From contig NC_043001.1 in NCBI RefSeq assembly GCF_006345805.1, forward strand, positions 30,876,001 to 30,940,000: 64,000 bases of DNA. Reading direction: 5' to 3'. Every line of letters starts with the position of its first letter. Position 1 is the stretch's first letter. The stretch is from Octopus sinensis (lineage: Eukaryota). Positions 12,335 to 25,452 of the stretch are shown here, in pieces. The notes below the pieces were generated by a model that saw nothing but the letters and a program-made list of their open reading frames with translations, was not told the DNA's origin and ran no database searches. A program made the position numbers and the translations under genes.

Positions 12335-12802
12335 CCGGGATGGTTCAGTGTTGTTGGTGAAAAGAATAAAGATGTTTTTGAAACAATGGCTCCCTATTAC
12401 AACTAGGTTCTGGTAGCCAGTGGGTTTAAAGATTGCATCATCTATATGCCCAACCCTAATTTCAACAAGAGAATGTCCCACTGAAAAGTCACCTGGTTTG
12501 ACCCTCCTACTACCATTTTCACCCTACATGAAAACCTACATTAGAAGGGCCTTTTATAGATTGGTGGATTGGCACTTTACATAGGATCATAGGTATATAA
12601 AATTATTCAATAGGCATAATTTAAGGTTCTCATTCAATTGTGTTCCTAATTTTGGGAAAATATGAGTGAGTACACCAAAAATCTGAAAAGATACAGGATA
12701 TTTATATAGGATTTACAGTGACCGCCTAGTCAATGGTCAATGCAGCACTGAAACCATGGTCTATGAAGCAGAGTTGGTGTCTATCAAACAACGACACTCT
12801 CC

Positions 12803-12838
<36 letters not shown>

Positions 12839-13130
12839 CACAGAAAATAATGTATTGGGGCAATGGTGGTTCCCTTTAAGGCCAGTCTGAATAATCTCAG
12901 ATCTTTTAGAAGTCAAGATATATGCTATGCTACAATGTTAGCTAGCCATATATAACACCCAAGATGAAACAATACCATACAAAGTGAACTGGAAGTTGCT
13001 GGAAGAACCTGGACCATGTCTGAATATTTGTAGACATTGCGACCATTATATTGTGAAGAAGAGAGTAATCCTTAAGTAATTCACATGATCTGGGTGCTTT
13101 CCCAAGCCCCAAAACAACGAAATATTCAGA
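12335..13130 (+). mobile_element. Second Penelope-like element ORF remnant
   Basis: Contains KVTWFDPP (~12490), KLFNRHNLRFSFNCVPNFGK (12600-12660), GQCSTETMVYEAEL (~12735-12775), KCIG and HIYNTQDETIPYKVNWKLLE...CRHC; interrupted by a CT/CA microsatellite. Confidence 0.8.
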
Positions 13131-13218
13131 TGTTGCCCACATAAGCAGAAATTCATTTGGACAATGTAACTTTGTCCATTTTTGAACTTGGAAACAGTAT
13201 ACATGTACACACACATAC

Positions 13219-13482
13219 AACAGATGTTTCAACCATGGCTAATATGAATCCATGGGAAGTAACTTCTTTTTCCTCCCAGAAAATGTTATAATTTTTCACT
13301 GTTTCAGTTGTTTTCTTTTTACCAACTTCAAGCCACTCAGGGTTTATATATACCCCCTGCATAAAAGAGGCTATGTGCTTCTGGTCATCATGTCTGAAGT
13401 CTTCAATATTACCGAGTGTAATAGTTAGCATGAAACACACAGCAACATTCTCATCAGATATATGCCATGAACAGTAAATACA
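13219..13482 (-). other. Candidate unassigned coding exon (88 codons, phase 0-0)
   Basis: Open frame CIYCSWHISDENV...GFILAMVETSV bounded by CAG and GTATGT; no family recognised. Confidence 0.3.
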
Positions 13483-14476
13483 CTGCTTGATGATACATAA
13501 AAATGTAACCACTCTATTACTCATATTGATGTGCCTTCTTTTTTTAACTTATGAACATCTAGCTGAATACACACACATACATGCATACACACACATTAAT
13601 ACATGCAGTATACATATCATATATGTTTGTATGTGCTTGTATATATATATATATATATATTTGATGAGAGAAATGAAAAGACAATTCAAATAAATAAAGG
13701 GAATTATACATCTACCCAGCTTTTATTATTACAATCATTTATACAATATATTTTATTCAAAGCTCTGTCCAACATATGTTTCTGCTGCACAGATATCTTG
13801 CAATGTGGCTTTGATTTGCATCCTCTTTTGATCATCTGCATCTAGATTTCATTCAGGTTTAAAATATGTCCATGCAGCTTTATTCAAAGTGTTGCCACTA
13901 TTAAAGTTTGAAACAAACTGGAGTATAATGGTTTAAACGTTCTTACATTGTAATAGGGGACTTAGTGTTGAGTGCAAAGAATAAGATATGAAGTACTTAA
14001 AAATCTGATGTGGTTATAAAGTCCACTATCAGCTTGACTTTAGGATGACCCCAAGGCTGGAATTTCAAATTATGAATGTTGGATATTAAACTTGATCAGA
14101 ATATATTTCATCCATTAGCCTTAATTGAAATAAGTAGGAGTAAATTTCAGCAATAGATGCATATAATTAAGGGTCACTAAGTCTAAAGTGGATTGCACTT
14201 TAGATCAAATATGCTGTATTAATAACTGTAATGTTAAAAACTGTGCAGATGTATAATTTTTCCTATTCATTTGAAATGTCTTTGATATACACTCAGTAAA
14301 CTGAGTATAATCCAATAAAGCAAACTCAGGATTTACCCATCAGATGAAATATTGGGATTGTTTACCTTAAATAGTCCTAGGTTTATTCCTAACCATTTGA
14401 TGTGGTTAGCCATGACTTGGATTATACTAGTGTGCTTGAATGGTTCCTGTTTCAAGGTATTATATATATATATATA

Positions 14477-14546
<70 letters not shown>

Positions 14547-14814
14547 CATTACAATAAACCTTATCGGCAACATGTAAGTTCATATATCAACAAAAATTAT
14601 AATGCATCAATGCTTTCCATCATACATTTCCATTATGATGTACACTACATTGCAGTGTAAAAAAATATCAGTATGAGGAAAAACATTGGAATGTAATGGT
14701 ATATTTTATACTATAATATATATGTCAATCATTATTATTATATTATTATTATTATTATTATTATTATGAAAATAATAATAAAATGTGCATATTGTAGAGC
14801 ATGTGTTTTTTAAA

Positions 14815-15023
14815 TCACTGATTTTTTTTATGCAATGCATCTTGCATCAGATTCCTTGTCAAGTAGATACAAGTCTGTATGTGTACACGCATACACACAC
14901 ACACATATGTATGTGTATATATATGCACACACACAAATATATATAAATATATGTGTATATATATATATATAAATATATATATACATATATATACATACAT
15001 ATATATGCATATGTGTATATATA

Positions 15024-15059
<36 letters not shown>

Positions 15060-15577
15060 TATATATATATGCATACATATATATGCATATATATATATGC
15101 ATACATATATGCATACATATATATGCATACATATATGCATACATATATATGCATATATATATGCATACATATATATGCATACATATATATGCATATATAT
15201 ATGCACATATATATGTATATATATATATACATATATATGCACATATATATATATATGTATGCACATATATATGTATACATATATATATATATATGTATGC
15301 ACATATATATGTATACATATATAAATATATATATATGTATGCACATATATATGTATACATATATATGTTACATATATAAATATATATATATATATATATG
15401 CATATATATATGTATACATATATATAAATATATACATATACATGCATATATATATGTATACATATATATAAATATATACATATATGCATATATATGTATA
15501 CATATATATTATATATATATATATTTATATATATATTATATATATATATGCATACATATATATGCATATAATATACA

Positions 15578-15617
<40 letters not shown>

Positions 15618-15680
15618 ATATAATATACATTATATATATGTGTGTGTGTATGTATTTATGTATATGTATATATATTACAT
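14815..15680. repeat. Alternating purine-pyrimidine satellite (ATATATGCATAC-like units in TA tracts)
   Basis: Directly visible tandem units. Confidence 0.95.
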
Positions 15681-17066
15681 CTATTACATTCATATTTATG
15701 CATTGCATAAATATGTGTGGGTGTATGTATCTGTATATACACACACAAATACACAATCATCATTATTATCATCGTCATTTAACATCTACTTCTCATAACT
15801 CATGTTTTCATGTGCTCTTCAAATCATCAGGATTATTATTAAGATTTTAGATTGTGCTGTGCACACCTGCTTCCTTCACTTCTTCTCCCTGTTTCATATT
15901 TTCTACACTTTTCAGGTTTATCCCATTATAATGCTCATCATTCCCTGTTTTTCAGTACCTTTCTCTATCACATTGAACGTGCTCACTTAATTCCAGTGTT
16001 TCACAGTTTACTTCTCTTCCAATTATCTACACAAATCCATTCACGATGCCTGTTCATCCAGCCTGCAGTATGTATCATACAATTGCATTACATGTCCATA
16101 CTAGTATAGTCATCGCATTTGCATACATGTAATTACTTGCTCAACCTTCTTGTAATACACCTTTTGTAAGATCATGCTAGTTTCTTTTTAGGGCAGCTTG
16201 TCTACCACTAGCCCTCACCTAGCGACTAACTCTTACCTGTGGTTTCGTGAATTGTCTGCATACAGCAGTGTGCCACTTTCTGGATGATGGCATTGGAGCC
16301 TGGCTAAGTTGTGTTGAGGGTAGTCAACGTGTTTTGATCACTCAATGAAACACATGTGAAAACTAGAGTTCTGGTACAGAGGGAATCCACCCATGAGTGG
16401 CTAAATTTTAATGGGTAGAAAGACAATATCAAACAACATCATAGTGAGATGTACATGTTAAACTAAGCTGAGATATGTTGTTCATTCAAGTTATCTTTTG
16501 TATATTTCTAATCATTTTAACCCTTAGCATTTAAACTGGCCACATCCAGCCCAAAAATGCCTCCTGTTTTATGTTCAAACTTGCCAGATCTAGCCTTTCA
16601 CACCCACCCTACAATGTAATTCTAAATATAGACAATAACATCATCAAAATCTGTAAGCTATGAGATGATACATGCTTACTTCAGAATAATATGAATAAAT
16701 AAGCTTTACATTACTCAGGGTAATTTGAACTGTAACTGGTTAATCTACCTTGCCACTCTAAGAAATCAAGAACTAAAAAGAAGCTGGTCATCTGATGCAG
16801 ATCCCTCTCACAATAATCCAAGTTCAGTGCAATAGAGAGTGAAATTCTTTTAAAACAAAATAATGGTATACTTGTATGGTGCTGGTTTATTCCTCTGATT
16901 GGCTTGTAAGTTAACTGTCTTGCATCTTTATCAGAGACAGTAATGGTGGTGATGTTAAGTAACAAACCAGTGGCTCTTTGGCTAACATGCTGGCGGCAAG
17001 GCAGACTATAATAGTATTTTATCTACCAATATTCTGAAGAAAATTAGTAGTTTTATTTATTCTTAT

Positions 17067-17480
17067 TTCTTTATTGTCTACAAGGGGCTAAACATAGAGG
17101 AGACAAACGAGGACAGACAAAGAGATTAAGTCAATTACATCGACCCCAGTACGTAACTGGTACTTAATTTATCGACCCTGAAAGGATGAAAGGCAAAGTT
17201 GACCTCAGTGGAATTTGAACTCAGAATGTAGCAGCAGATGAAATACCTATTTCTTTACTACCCACAAGGGGCTAAACACAGAGAGGACAAACAAGGACAG
17301 ACAAAGAGATTAAGTCAATTACATCGACCCCAGTGCATGCCTGGTACTTAATTTATCGACCCTGAAAGGATGAAAGGCAAAGTCGACCTCGATGGAATTT
17401 GAACTCAGAACGTAGCAGCAGATGAAATACCGCTAAGCATTTCGCCCAGCGTGCTAACATTTCTGCCATCTCGCCATCTA
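17067..17480 (-). mobile_element. tRNA-head SINE, family C, with ~175-bp internal tandem duplication
   Basis: Homologous to 33973-34195; the two units share private variants (AAGAGATTAAGTCAATTAC, CCCTGAAAGG). Confidence 0.85.
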
Positions 17481-17714
17481 GTTTTTATTTATTCTTGTTA
17501 CATATTTAGGATCCTCAAAATTGAAACACATCGTAATTATTATGAAGGGCACCCAACCATAAAAACCTCATCCAACTATAATAGTTATCTATAATGTTCT
17601 AATATCTTTACATTGACAACTGTGGTTAGATATATGATGATAATGTTGATGATGATGATGATTGATTTATACACACTCATATGCACATTCACACATATCA
17701 ACACTCTTCCTATT

Positions 17715-17756
<42 letters not shown>

Positions 17757-18791
17757 AACATGCACACAGACTATAAGATGCTATTGGAACAGGTAACTGC
17801 TCATAAAACATTCACTCCAATTACATTAGTTTTAGGTCACATACTGGTCTGTACTTTTACCATACATCTGTACAGTTGCTATGGTAATAACACTGTTTGT
17901 TGGTAATAACATGTCGACTAAAGTCTCTAAGTAAAAAATCTTTCATCATCATCACCATCATCATCATCATTATTGATATGAAAATTTTTTTTATTAATAT
18001 TTTCTTTATTGATAATAACTGATTTCTATTTGTACTTCTTTCACATATTGTATTTGTTTTTAGAATTATTGAATATTGATAAAAAATAATATCATTACGA
18101 GAAGGGGTTAATTTAGCTATATTAATGATATTAATATGAAATTGTAGTATGATGTCCAATATTTGAAACAATAAAAGACACATTAGTGATGGGAGGGGTG
18201 GGTAACAGAGGAAACATTTCTTTATTCATTTGAACCACTCAAAAATGATGCTGTGTTATTTAAAAATATAATTTTTACAGAAATTTCATATGTAAATGAG
18301 TTAAAATTTTTTATACTTTTGTAAGTAAAGAAAACAGAAACAAAAACCAAAACAATAAAATCTTTAAAAAATAATAATAAAAAAATTATTGATTAACATC
18401 TACTCAGCGATTCCTTACTTATCTATATTTATTTTTTGCATCTGTTCTGGTTTCTGGAACTATCTTTAGTCATTGATAGGATATAAGATTAAATAACAGA
18501 CATCTTTGAGTTCTCTGTAATCCTTTAAACAATATCTGTTCATGTTACAATGAAAATGTAATCAATCTTACAGAAAATTTAGGAGAATTGCATGGCATGT
18601 TATTTTGCATCTTCCTGCATGCAACATTTGTGATATATGCTAATATTGTGCCGTTTTGGTGAAATGAATTTGTCATTTGGAAAATCAGCGAGCTGATTGG
18701 TCATTATTGTAGTTTCTGTTTCATTTTGTTTTTCTTTAGTAATCTGTAACCTTTTTATCTTTTATAAATATAAGAGCATGAATATATATGA

Positions 18792-18916
<125 letters not shown>

Positions 18917-19798
18917 TATATGTGCTTTCATTCGAAAGTCAAATTATTGTAAAGATATTTATAAAATTAGTAGTTTATTCAGTTGAAAAAGAAGAATGTA
19001 ATTGGAATTTGATTCTATGTATGAAATGGTCATTTTTAGTCATTTTTCTTTCATTATTCAAATAATTGTTAGCAGTAACTTTAAATGATTTAATTATTTT
19101 ATTATAACTTGTGTTAAAGATTGATATGCAAATCTTTGAAAGTGATGATTAATATGTGTGAACAATCAATGTTTTAGCTTTGTTAGATATTAAAACTTGA
19201 AAGTTTGTTCATTGTCATTTAGTATTACAAGTCTTGTTTGTTTGAATTTCACAGACTCAGATATTGTGTCTGTTGAACTTAAAACTTTTTAAAGTGATCT
19301 TCTGATTTAGGCTTTATACCCTTTGCGGGGAAATTGGTATATTAGTAAATACTATTAATTATTTTTTGCAATAAGTCAACTTCAACAACTTTGGAATATG
19401 AAGATATAATTTTAGTGTTTATCATGTTCATATGTGAAATTTTGAAATTAATTTGTCTTTGATTCTCTGTAAGCATGTATGTGTGTAAACAGATTACTTT
19501 TCAGTTCATTTATATGTTAGATGTTTTATTTACTCCTAAGTGGAAGTGTGTCTCCAGAGTTAGCTTTGCCTTTCAATCTTCCACAATTGATAAGTGCCAA
19601 TTGCATATTTGGAATCAATTCAATAAGCTGTGTTTCTTAGTTAAAAAGAATAGAAGCTGGGGACTAGAAGAGGTCCAGATTTCTGGATTTTCTAGAGACA
19701 GTCTATAAACTTAAAATATAAAATAAACTATGAAAATTTCGTTTTTGGATTTGGTTTGCAAGATTCTTTATATGAGTTCGTGTGTTGAAGCATATTCT

Positions 19799-20106
19799 GT
19801 TGTGTCTGGGGAGAGGCATTTTCTTTTTGTGCCTTATGATTTAACACACTCACCGGTAAAATTTCCACTTTTTTCTTATTTTTATTTTCCTAAAATTTTC
19901 GTTGCGTGTTACAAACTTTTCAATAGTCTTGACTCTTGAAGACTATTGAAAGACTATTGAAGACTATTGAAGTCAAGACTATTGAAAAGGTTGCAAGACG
20001 CAACGAAAATTTTAGGAAAATAAAAATAAGAAAAAAGTGGAAATTTTACTGGTGAGTGTGTTAAATAATAAGGTACTAAAAGAGAATGACTCTCCCCAGA
20101 CACAAC
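19799..20106. repeat. ~310-bp fold-back element with central GACTATTGAA repeats
   Basis: Arms 19799-19933 and 19971-20106 are reverse complements; unpaired extension 19728-19798. Confidence 0.85.
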
Positions 20107-20575
20107 AAACTATGAAAAGTAAAGAAATAAATTGTATTTAACAGATTCAAGTTAATACACCTCCAAAGCAGGTTTTATTTGATGTTTATCAATTCACTAA
20201 ATATTCTTAAAATATATCATATTATACCACGTACACGATATAACATTTACAGGATGAAAATTAAATGAAGAATATAAAGAACATTTTATTTTTAACAAAC
20301 CACTTGAAAAAAGTAAAGGAAAAAACTATTTTTAGCACTCCATATGCACATTAACCAACTTCAGAAACAGAATCTTTTTACTGCTATTCCACAGTATTCC
20401 TGAATTTCTGGAAGCTGGTTAAGAGTTCCATTACTATATTAGTTTACCAAGTCCATGTTTGAGACTTATTACAATATCAAGTCAGCTAAGTATTTCTGCT
20501 CAAATTTATCAACTTAAGGGATGAAAGGCAAAGTTGAGCTGAAGCATAATTTCAAAGTCAGTTTTGGGTTTCAAA

Positions 20576-20610
<35 letters not shown>

Positions 20611-20942
20611 AGACACACTCACTGCTTTTATCTACTCTTCAATTCTTTCATGAAATTCTGTTAACCATTTCTCCCTTCCTTCTGCCAAAGAATGTAAGAA
20701 TTATATTGAGAATGATACTACACATAAAAATTTCTTTTAATGTCTTATAGCTTGTGGTTGATAAAGATACTGCTTGTTGTGTGTTTCATTAAATTTAGAA
20801 CTATTACTATGTGCTCATTAAATGTATCTTCATATAAACTTACATACTTTATAGTTTCTACACATACACACATATATCCAGACGTATATAATATACATGT
20901 ATATGTATATGTATATATATTAATCAAAATGTACAGTATTGT

Positions 20943-21169
20943 AAATCCATTACAGCTGATCTGAACAGCCAGTTTCACACTGAGAACTAAAACTAGGTGT
21001 TTAATAACAACACAGTTAAGTGATACTGCATGCTCTTTGGGGATGCCATACTTATTATTCTTATCTGTCATCTCTGAAGAGCTCGGTATTACTTAACTGT
21101 GCTGTAATCTAACATCTAGTTTTAGTAGCCAGTGTGAAATCAATCGGTCAGATCAGCTGTGATGGATTT
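20943..21169. ncRNA. Fold-back element; + arm holds a hammerhead with intact core
   Basis: ATCT(21070-73)-CTGAAGA(21074-80)-long stem II-GAAA(21136-39)-TC AATC GG-TC(21148-49)/AGAT(21150-53). The - arm is a decayed mirror. Confidence 0.65.
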
Positions 21170-21427
21170 CTAATACTGTATACTTTGACTAATATACCTT
21201 CTTTGTTGACAAATATATAAGTACATCATTTTTTTCTGATTTATGGATTCTTAGACAACAATGTGTGTGTGTGTGTATGTGTGTGTGTACATGTGTGCCT
21301 GTGTGCACGTGTGTGTGTGCTTATATGATCTAAATATAGATATAATGAATATGTATAGGTACATATATATAATTACAATCTAAATACATATAGATATACA
21401 TGTATATTTAAATGTACATATATTTGC

Positions 21428-21502
<75 letters not shown>

Positions 21503-21595
21503 TTATGCCTGTGTGAATATATAATATATATTTATGTATGTGTGTATGTACTTACACATAAATATATGTATGTGTATGTCTTTGTGTGTATATGG

Positions 21596-21633
<38 letters not shown>

Positions 21634-21751
21634 ATACATTTATATATATATATACATGTATATATTTATCATCATCATCATCATCATCATCGTTTAACAT
21701 GATGATGATGATGATAATGATAAATATATACATGTATATATATAAATGTAT

Positions 21752-21787
<36 letters not shown>

Positions 21788-21970
21788 CCATATACACACA
21801 AAGACATGTATATATTTATTTATACATATGTATATATATATATATATATTATATATATATATAATATATATATATATATATTTGAATGAGTTTGCATTTA
21901 TGTATTTGCATATTTTATATAGTTTGCTAACCATTTTTATTTATTTTTACATTACCATCCTGGTGACCAG

Positions 21971-22121
21971 CTTGTCAAAGAAGGTACTGTTAGTTTTGAT
22001 GCTGTCAGTCTCTTTCTGAAACTTGCAGAAAAAGGACGTCTGTTAGTAGAGAAATATTTAAATTTGACTAAACCCCTCTACTTTGATTTCACTCATTTGG
22101 TCTGTCGTACAGCTGTAGATG
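21971..22121 (+). CDS. P3H: Prolyl 3-hydroxylase (leprecan/P3H family), internal exon, phase 0-1
   Basis: CAG|LVKEGTVSFDAVSLFLKLAEKGRLLVEKYLNLTKPLYFDFTHLVCRTAVD|GTAAG; PLYFxxTHLVCRTA is diagnostic of P3H; 151 nt. Confidence 0.92.
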
Positions 22122-22499
22122 GTAAGTTGCATTGATTTTAAGTTGAATTAAAATGATATTTTGTTATTTATTATGATTGCAGTCTTTAGTGCTCTTCTTA
22201 GATGTTCAAACCCAATATTTAGGTCAGCTATCTCTAACAGTCTGTGGTTGATAATCCTGTGCTAGTTTGGGGACTGAATTTGGAATTGGTTATTGGAACA
22301 GCAGACTTGACAGTCAACAGTTCAAATAGTTCTAGTTCATTATGAAGTGGGAGCATTAAACAGTGATATGTTTAAATGCAATGTTATTACCGGTTCAAAT
22401 ATGCTTGTTGGTCAAAAAAGTCAGCAACAGCAGATATGATATCTAGTTCAATCTCCAACTTAGATAGAACAGAATTAAACTAATGTATTACCTGTAAAC

Positions 22500-22575
22500 T
22501 AGCCTCGGGCCGACCAAAGCCTTGTGAGTGGATTTGGTAGACGGAAACTGAAAGAAGCCCGTCGTATATATGTAT

Positions 22576-22660
<85 letters not shown>

Positions 22661-22865
22661 TTGTGTGTCTGTGTTTGTACCCCTAGCATTGCTTGACAAC
22701 TGATGCTGGTGTGTTTATGTCCCCGTCACTTAGTGGTTCAGCAAAAGAGACCGATAGAATAAGTACTGGGCTTACAAAGAATAAATCCCAGGGTCTAGTT
22801 GCTCGATTAAAGGTGGTGCTCCAGCATGGCCACAGTCAAATGACTGAAACAAGTAAAAGAATAAT
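22500..22865 (+). mobile_element. SINE family A (5'-truncated)
   Basis: GCCTCGGGCCGACCAAAGCC...GAAACAAGTAAAAGA body and tail shared with more than 12 copies in the window. Confidence 0.9.
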
Positions 22866-22929
22866 TGGAGATTACTAAATGTAATGTAAAGTCAGCAACT
22901 AAATTGTTGGATATTTGACATGAGGAAAA

Positions 22930-23841
22930 TAGACGGGTGACTGTCAAAAGGATCATAAAGGTGATTGACTATTATTTTGTGGGTGATAGAACTTGCTGGC
23001 TATGAGAGATACATGAAGGCTTTGAACTGGTAGATCACCTACCCTATTCTCTTGATTTGATCGTATCTGACTATCATCTGTTCCTGAAAGTGAAAAAATA
23101 CTTGGCTGGGAACCAGCATCACAATGATGATGATGTTGTATCTGCTGTTGATGACTTTTTTAACCAACAAGATGAAAGCTTCTGCACTTATGGGATCTGA
23201 GCACTACAATACTGATCGAAGAAGTACCGTAAATCCTTGAGTATAATCCGCATTTTTTTCCCAAAATTTAAAGGTCAAAATCCCTAGTGCGTACTATATA
23301 CGAGGTTAGAAATGAAAATTATTTTCTAAGCAATGTCCAAGTCTCTATTTGCTGTCCGGCAATGTTTATTCATATGCATTTTGTGATGTCGGGCGCGAAA
23401 ATACCTTAAGTTAATCCTGAAAGCAATGAAGTCATAAAAGAATCACCCATAACTTGCAGTAAGCAACATTTATTAAACATTTTTGCTGTTATTTCTTTAT
23501 TTTCTGCAAACAAAATGCACAAAAAAGTTACACGTTTGCATTATGTTATATATACAATAATAATAAAGGACGTTACCATATACATTTTTACAAACCAAGA
23601 ACGTTATACAGACCGCCTTGACTCAAGTTAGAGAAGGGGTGCGTATTATAGACAAGGTTTAGGTTTTTCAGAGGTACAGCCCCCTAAAACTCCCCTGTGT
23701 ATTATACTCAAGAGCGGACTATACTCGAGGATTTACAGTATGTGGATTTCAAGAGGGACTATGCTGAAAAATAAAACTCATTTGATCACATTTCATGAGA
23801 GTATCTTGATCAGCCTATGAACTTTTCAGCTCACTCTCATA
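22930..23841 (+). mobile_element. Decayed mariner transposase C-terminus and right TIR, split by a MITE
   Basis: GFELVDHLPYSLDL..SDYHLF (YSPDL motif)...SKK|YVDFKRDYAEK*; ends CAGCCTATGAACTTTTCAGCTCACTCTCA-TA. Confidence 0.85.
23227..23738. mobile_element. Tc1/pogo-type MITE with TA TSD
   Basis: TA-CCGTAAATCCTTGAGTATAATCCGC ... GCGGACTATACTCGAGGATTTACAG-TA (25-bp TIR, 3 mismatches). Confidence 0.9.
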
Positions 23842-24380
23842 TTTCAGATGATGATGCTGCATAATTTGTAGTGGTGGGTAAGAGCTGTGCACTTTGCGTG
23901 GATGAGCAATTTTTTTCCCTGGCATTGTAGGCCATGTTTTTTGCCTGATCTACTGCAGAGAAGCTGCGAGTGAAATTTGCAGAGATTTGGTATTATAAAT
24001 TTTAGTTGTATGTGAGATGTGGAGGGACATTTCTAATAGGGAGGTTTCAGTCAACTACTTAGTCAGGTACGAAGTACATGTTCTGCTAAGGATAGGGACT
24101 ACCAGAACTCTCACTAGTCAGCTGCCTTGAAGTACCTAAGTATCTAGGAAGTGTGTGTGTATGATGTGAGGGCTTTGCATAGAATGCAGATATCTAGAGG
24201 GTAGTTGAAATAAGGCAATGCTACAGTGACCTAATAGGTACAGAGATAGTGATGCTTTGGTAGAAACTGGATTTCGAGGTGATGAAGAGATGGAGTGTTA
24301 GCATATTGGTTTGGAATGTGTTGAAGATGGACCTAATTATTGATAAAATATCAAACCAAGTACCTATATATATATATATA

Positions 24381-24753
24381 CTAGCAGTATTGCCTGGCGT
24401 TGCTCAGGTTTGTTTCGACCCTATAGAATTGGAATTTTTGAAAAGTAGCTTATTATTCTCTTTAAGTGAACATTTTTCTGGTTGAAATACCCTGAAAAAT
24501 GGTGACACAGCAGTCAAAAAATCGTAAAAGATAGGGATTTTCATAGAAAAAAGCACCTTTTTGATGTAAATAATTTTTGGTGTTAACATGGTCCGATTTG
24601 AATTTTTTCTTCTACGGAAGGAAGAGCAAGCCTTCTTCTATCTTACTTTCAATTTTGGTCAACTTGCGCCACAGGGTCTCGGAGGAGATAATGTTAATTG
24701 AAGGCTACTAAATCTGCCATACACAAACAACTTCAGCTTTATATATATAGAGA
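24381..24753 (-). mobile_element. Non-autonomous Helitron
   Basis: 5' A|TCTCTATATATATAAAG; 3' GC-rich hairpin then CTAG|T; no TSD. Confidence 0.8.
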
Positions 24754-25117
24754 TATATATAAAATACAAAATGGGACAAGAACGCAAAACATCCAGACAA
24801 CTAGGTGATACAAAAAGGGACAACAAAACATCCACATAGACAATACAAAAAAACAAGGACGGGTCATTCAAAGCTTTCTATCCTCAATCAAGAACCAGAT
24901 CATCCTCGCAATTTCGGCTGATTAATCTTGAGATTGCTCCAATCTGGCCAGCCCCAAGGAAAAACTAAGCTAAGAGCATAAGATTCCTTGGAAGAAAGCA
25001 TCGAATGTATACAAAAACAAGGACGGAAAAACTTGTTCGGTTTATGTCAGCAGTGAAAAACATACAATGCTGATGTTGATGACAATAATTTTTAAAACTT
25101 TTAATTTTTGTCCTCAG

Positions 25118-25232
25118 AAGATGAATTAGACCGGAGTGATTTATCTCATCCAATCCATGCAGACAACTGTCTTCTTCAGCCTGATGGTACCTGTTTAAAA
25201 GAAGTACCAGCCTATATACAAAGAGATTACAG
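25118..25232 (+). CDS. P3H: P3H exon with Fe-binding HxD, phase 1-2
   Basis: CAG|(E)DELDRSDLSHPIHADNCLLQPDGTCLKEVPAYIQRDY(S)|GTAATG; 115 nt; in frame with flanking exons. Confidence 0.95.
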
Positions 25233-25379
25233 GTAATGTTCTTCCCTCGGGTTCCTTCAATCAATTCTGAGAAGAACTTATTCACACATCTGCATTACTT
25301 TTACATCTACATTTTCTGTTTAAATAATACCATGAAATGAAACTATATTATATGTTTTTGTGATATCTTTTAATTCTAG

Positions 25380-25452
25380 TGCCATCATCTACTTAAATGG
25401 AGAATTCACAGGAGGAGAATTCATCTTTGCTTATCCAAATAAGTCAGAACAG
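25380..25452 (+). CDS. P3H: P3H exon, phase 2-0
   Basis: TAG|(S)AIIYLNGEFTGGEFIFAYPNKSEQ|GTAAAG; 2OG-Fe(II) strand YLNxxFxGG; 73 nt. Confidence 0.95.

Noticed and set aside
12942-13232. 96-aa minus ORF
   Set aside because: Antisense of the Penelope endonuclease remnant.
16190-16290. GSLSTTSPHL as the P3H GDGY..SPHT exon
   Set aside because: No GDGY, and an in-frame stop precedes any donor.
19930-19990. GACTATTGAA repeats as a CRISPR-like array
   Set aside because: No unique spacers; eukaryotic slippage repeat.
19975-20015. U3-A8 variant hammerhead (TTGAAAA-G-GTTGC/GCAAC-GAAA)
   Set aside because: No NUH plus stem I could be drawn in any topology; the apparent stem comes from the palindrome centre.
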